From: Chiloscyllium plagiosum
Taxonomy: Eukaryota
Assembly (NCBI RefSeq): GCF_004010195.1
Contig: NC_057719.1
Span: 65,537,634 to 65,601,633 of the forward strand
DNA length: 64,000 bases
Direction of reading: 5' to 3'
The position numbers and the translations under genes were made by a program. The notes below the pieces were generated by a model that was not told the DNA's origin, made no database searches, and was given only the letters and a program-made list of their open reading frames with translations. This document shows, one piece after another, positions 62,585 to 64,000 of the stretch; the stretch's first letter is position 1; every line of letters begins with the position of its first letter.

Positions 62585-64000
62585 GACCACACACCGCAAA
62601 AAAACGACACTAAAAGAAAAAATGGCCAAACTAACACACAACAGAGAGGACACCACAACACATACATGGGTTAGAAACCTCTCTCACATACAGTTCACAG
62701 ACACGGAAGGAATAATACTGGCCAAGGGACTCAACTATAACCACAGGGACGCCAAGACAGCAGACTTCCTAGCAGCACTAGAATGCACACTCAGAAACAA
62801 TGGACTGACAGAAGAGACACAACAAACAGTGAGACAAAGGAAAAGACAAACCCATAACCTCAACACCAACACTAGGGAAGCACTAAAAACACTAAGAAAC
62901 GATAAGAACATAATCATACTACCAGCTGACAAAGGCAGAATGACGGTCATCCTGGACGAAGCAGACTACATTCAAAAAGCGCAACAACTACTTGCAGATA
63001 CCAACACCTACCAAAAGAGAGAGTTTGACCCCAACTCCACAGCTCACCAATAGGATAAACAACACACTGAGGAACCTGCAAAAAAATGGACAGGTTTGAC
63101 CTACAGAGAATGAAACCTGAAAGCAACTCCACCCCCAGATTCTATGGACCACCTAAAATGCACAAACCAGACATCCCACTCTGACCCATAGTATCACTAC
63201 CAGGGACACCATCACACAACCTTGCTAAAGAACTACAACAGAAACTCAAACACCTGATCAACGGATCCAGACACTCTGTACAGTCAACACAGGAATTCTT
63301 GGACATCATCAGAAATATACATATAGACAAGAAAGAAACTATGGTCTCATTCGATGTAATGGCACTGTTCACCTCTATCAACAAAACCCTAGCCAGAGAA
63401 ACAATATACAGAACAGACAACAAGACGGGGAACCTATCAACAAAGACGGCATACTCAAACTACTGGACGTATGCCTCACAATACACTTCACATTCAACAA
63501 CCAAATATATGAACAAATCAACGGCACACCCATGGGCTCCCCCATGGGCACACCCATAGCAGAAGGGTAATGCAAAGATTAGAACAAACAGTTTTCCTGC
63601 AAATTCAACCCAAACTCTGGGTCAGGTATGTAGATGACACCTTTGCAATCATTAAAAACACAGAAATAGAGAATACACACCAGATCATCAACTCCACACT
63701 CGCAGGAATCCGATTCACTAGAGAGGAAGAAAAGGACAACCAACTCCCATTCCTAGATGTGATGGTACAGAGAACACCGAACGGAGAATTCCCCACAAAA
63801 GTATACAGGAAAGCCACACACACAGAATTATGACAGCAACCACCACAACACACACAAAAGAAGTTGCATCAAGACACTGTTCAAAAGGGCCACAACACAC
63901 TGTAGCACACCAGAACTGCAAAAAGAGGAAGAAGGACACCTCTACAATGTATTCGCCAAAAACGGATACCCCCGCAATTTCATCAACAGATGCCTAAGGG
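62585..64000 (+). mobile_element. Penelope-like element RT, frameshifted, runs off the window
   Basis: WVRNLS, LAKGLNY, ILPADKGRMTVILD, PRFYGPPKMHKPDIPL, MVSFDVMALFTSI, GTPMGSP, WVRYVDDTF, LPFLDVMV, KVYRKATHT. Confidence 0.95.

Noticed and set aside
1..64000. Remaining 60-170 aa ORFs in the supplied track as genes
   Set aside because: Called with prokaryotic start codons on intron-like vertebrate DNA; they are antisense or off-frame TE readings or chance ORFs.

Overview
This is vertebrate, not prokaryotic, DNA. HE1/V-SINEs, DeuSINE relics, abundant CR1 LINEs and Penelope-like elements (PLEs) point to a cartilaginous fish, probably a shark (inference from repeat families recognised by eye). 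Roughly half of the window is recognisable decayed transposable elements: CR1, a second older CR1/L2-group LINE ('family B'), two end-to-end L1 copies, Penelope RT and GIY-YIG relics, several tRNA-derived SINE families, Harbinger Myb/SANT relics and a foldback/MULE-like MITE. Almost all ORFs in the supplied track are TE fragments or chance ORFs. No CRISPR array, rRNA, true tRNA gene or intact transposon ORF2 was seen, and I found no clearly new biological system. Best leads: (1) a candidate + strand chain of three small exons (11730-11782, 26311-26448, 30378-30404 with AATAAA) that splices in frame to the C-terminus of an unidentified Cys-rich, zinc-ribbon-like protein; (2) short TSD-flanked PLE-derived foldback insertions carrying minimal hammerhead-ribozyme cores, one with a perfect 75-bp inverted repeat; (3) a 540-bp MITE with modular TIRs and a 9-bp TSD; (4) a four-level nest CR1(+) > CR1(-) > L1(-) > L1(+) over about 14.6 kb; (5) a perfect 28-bp template-switch palindrome inside a CR1. 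Boundaries of old repeats are approximate.
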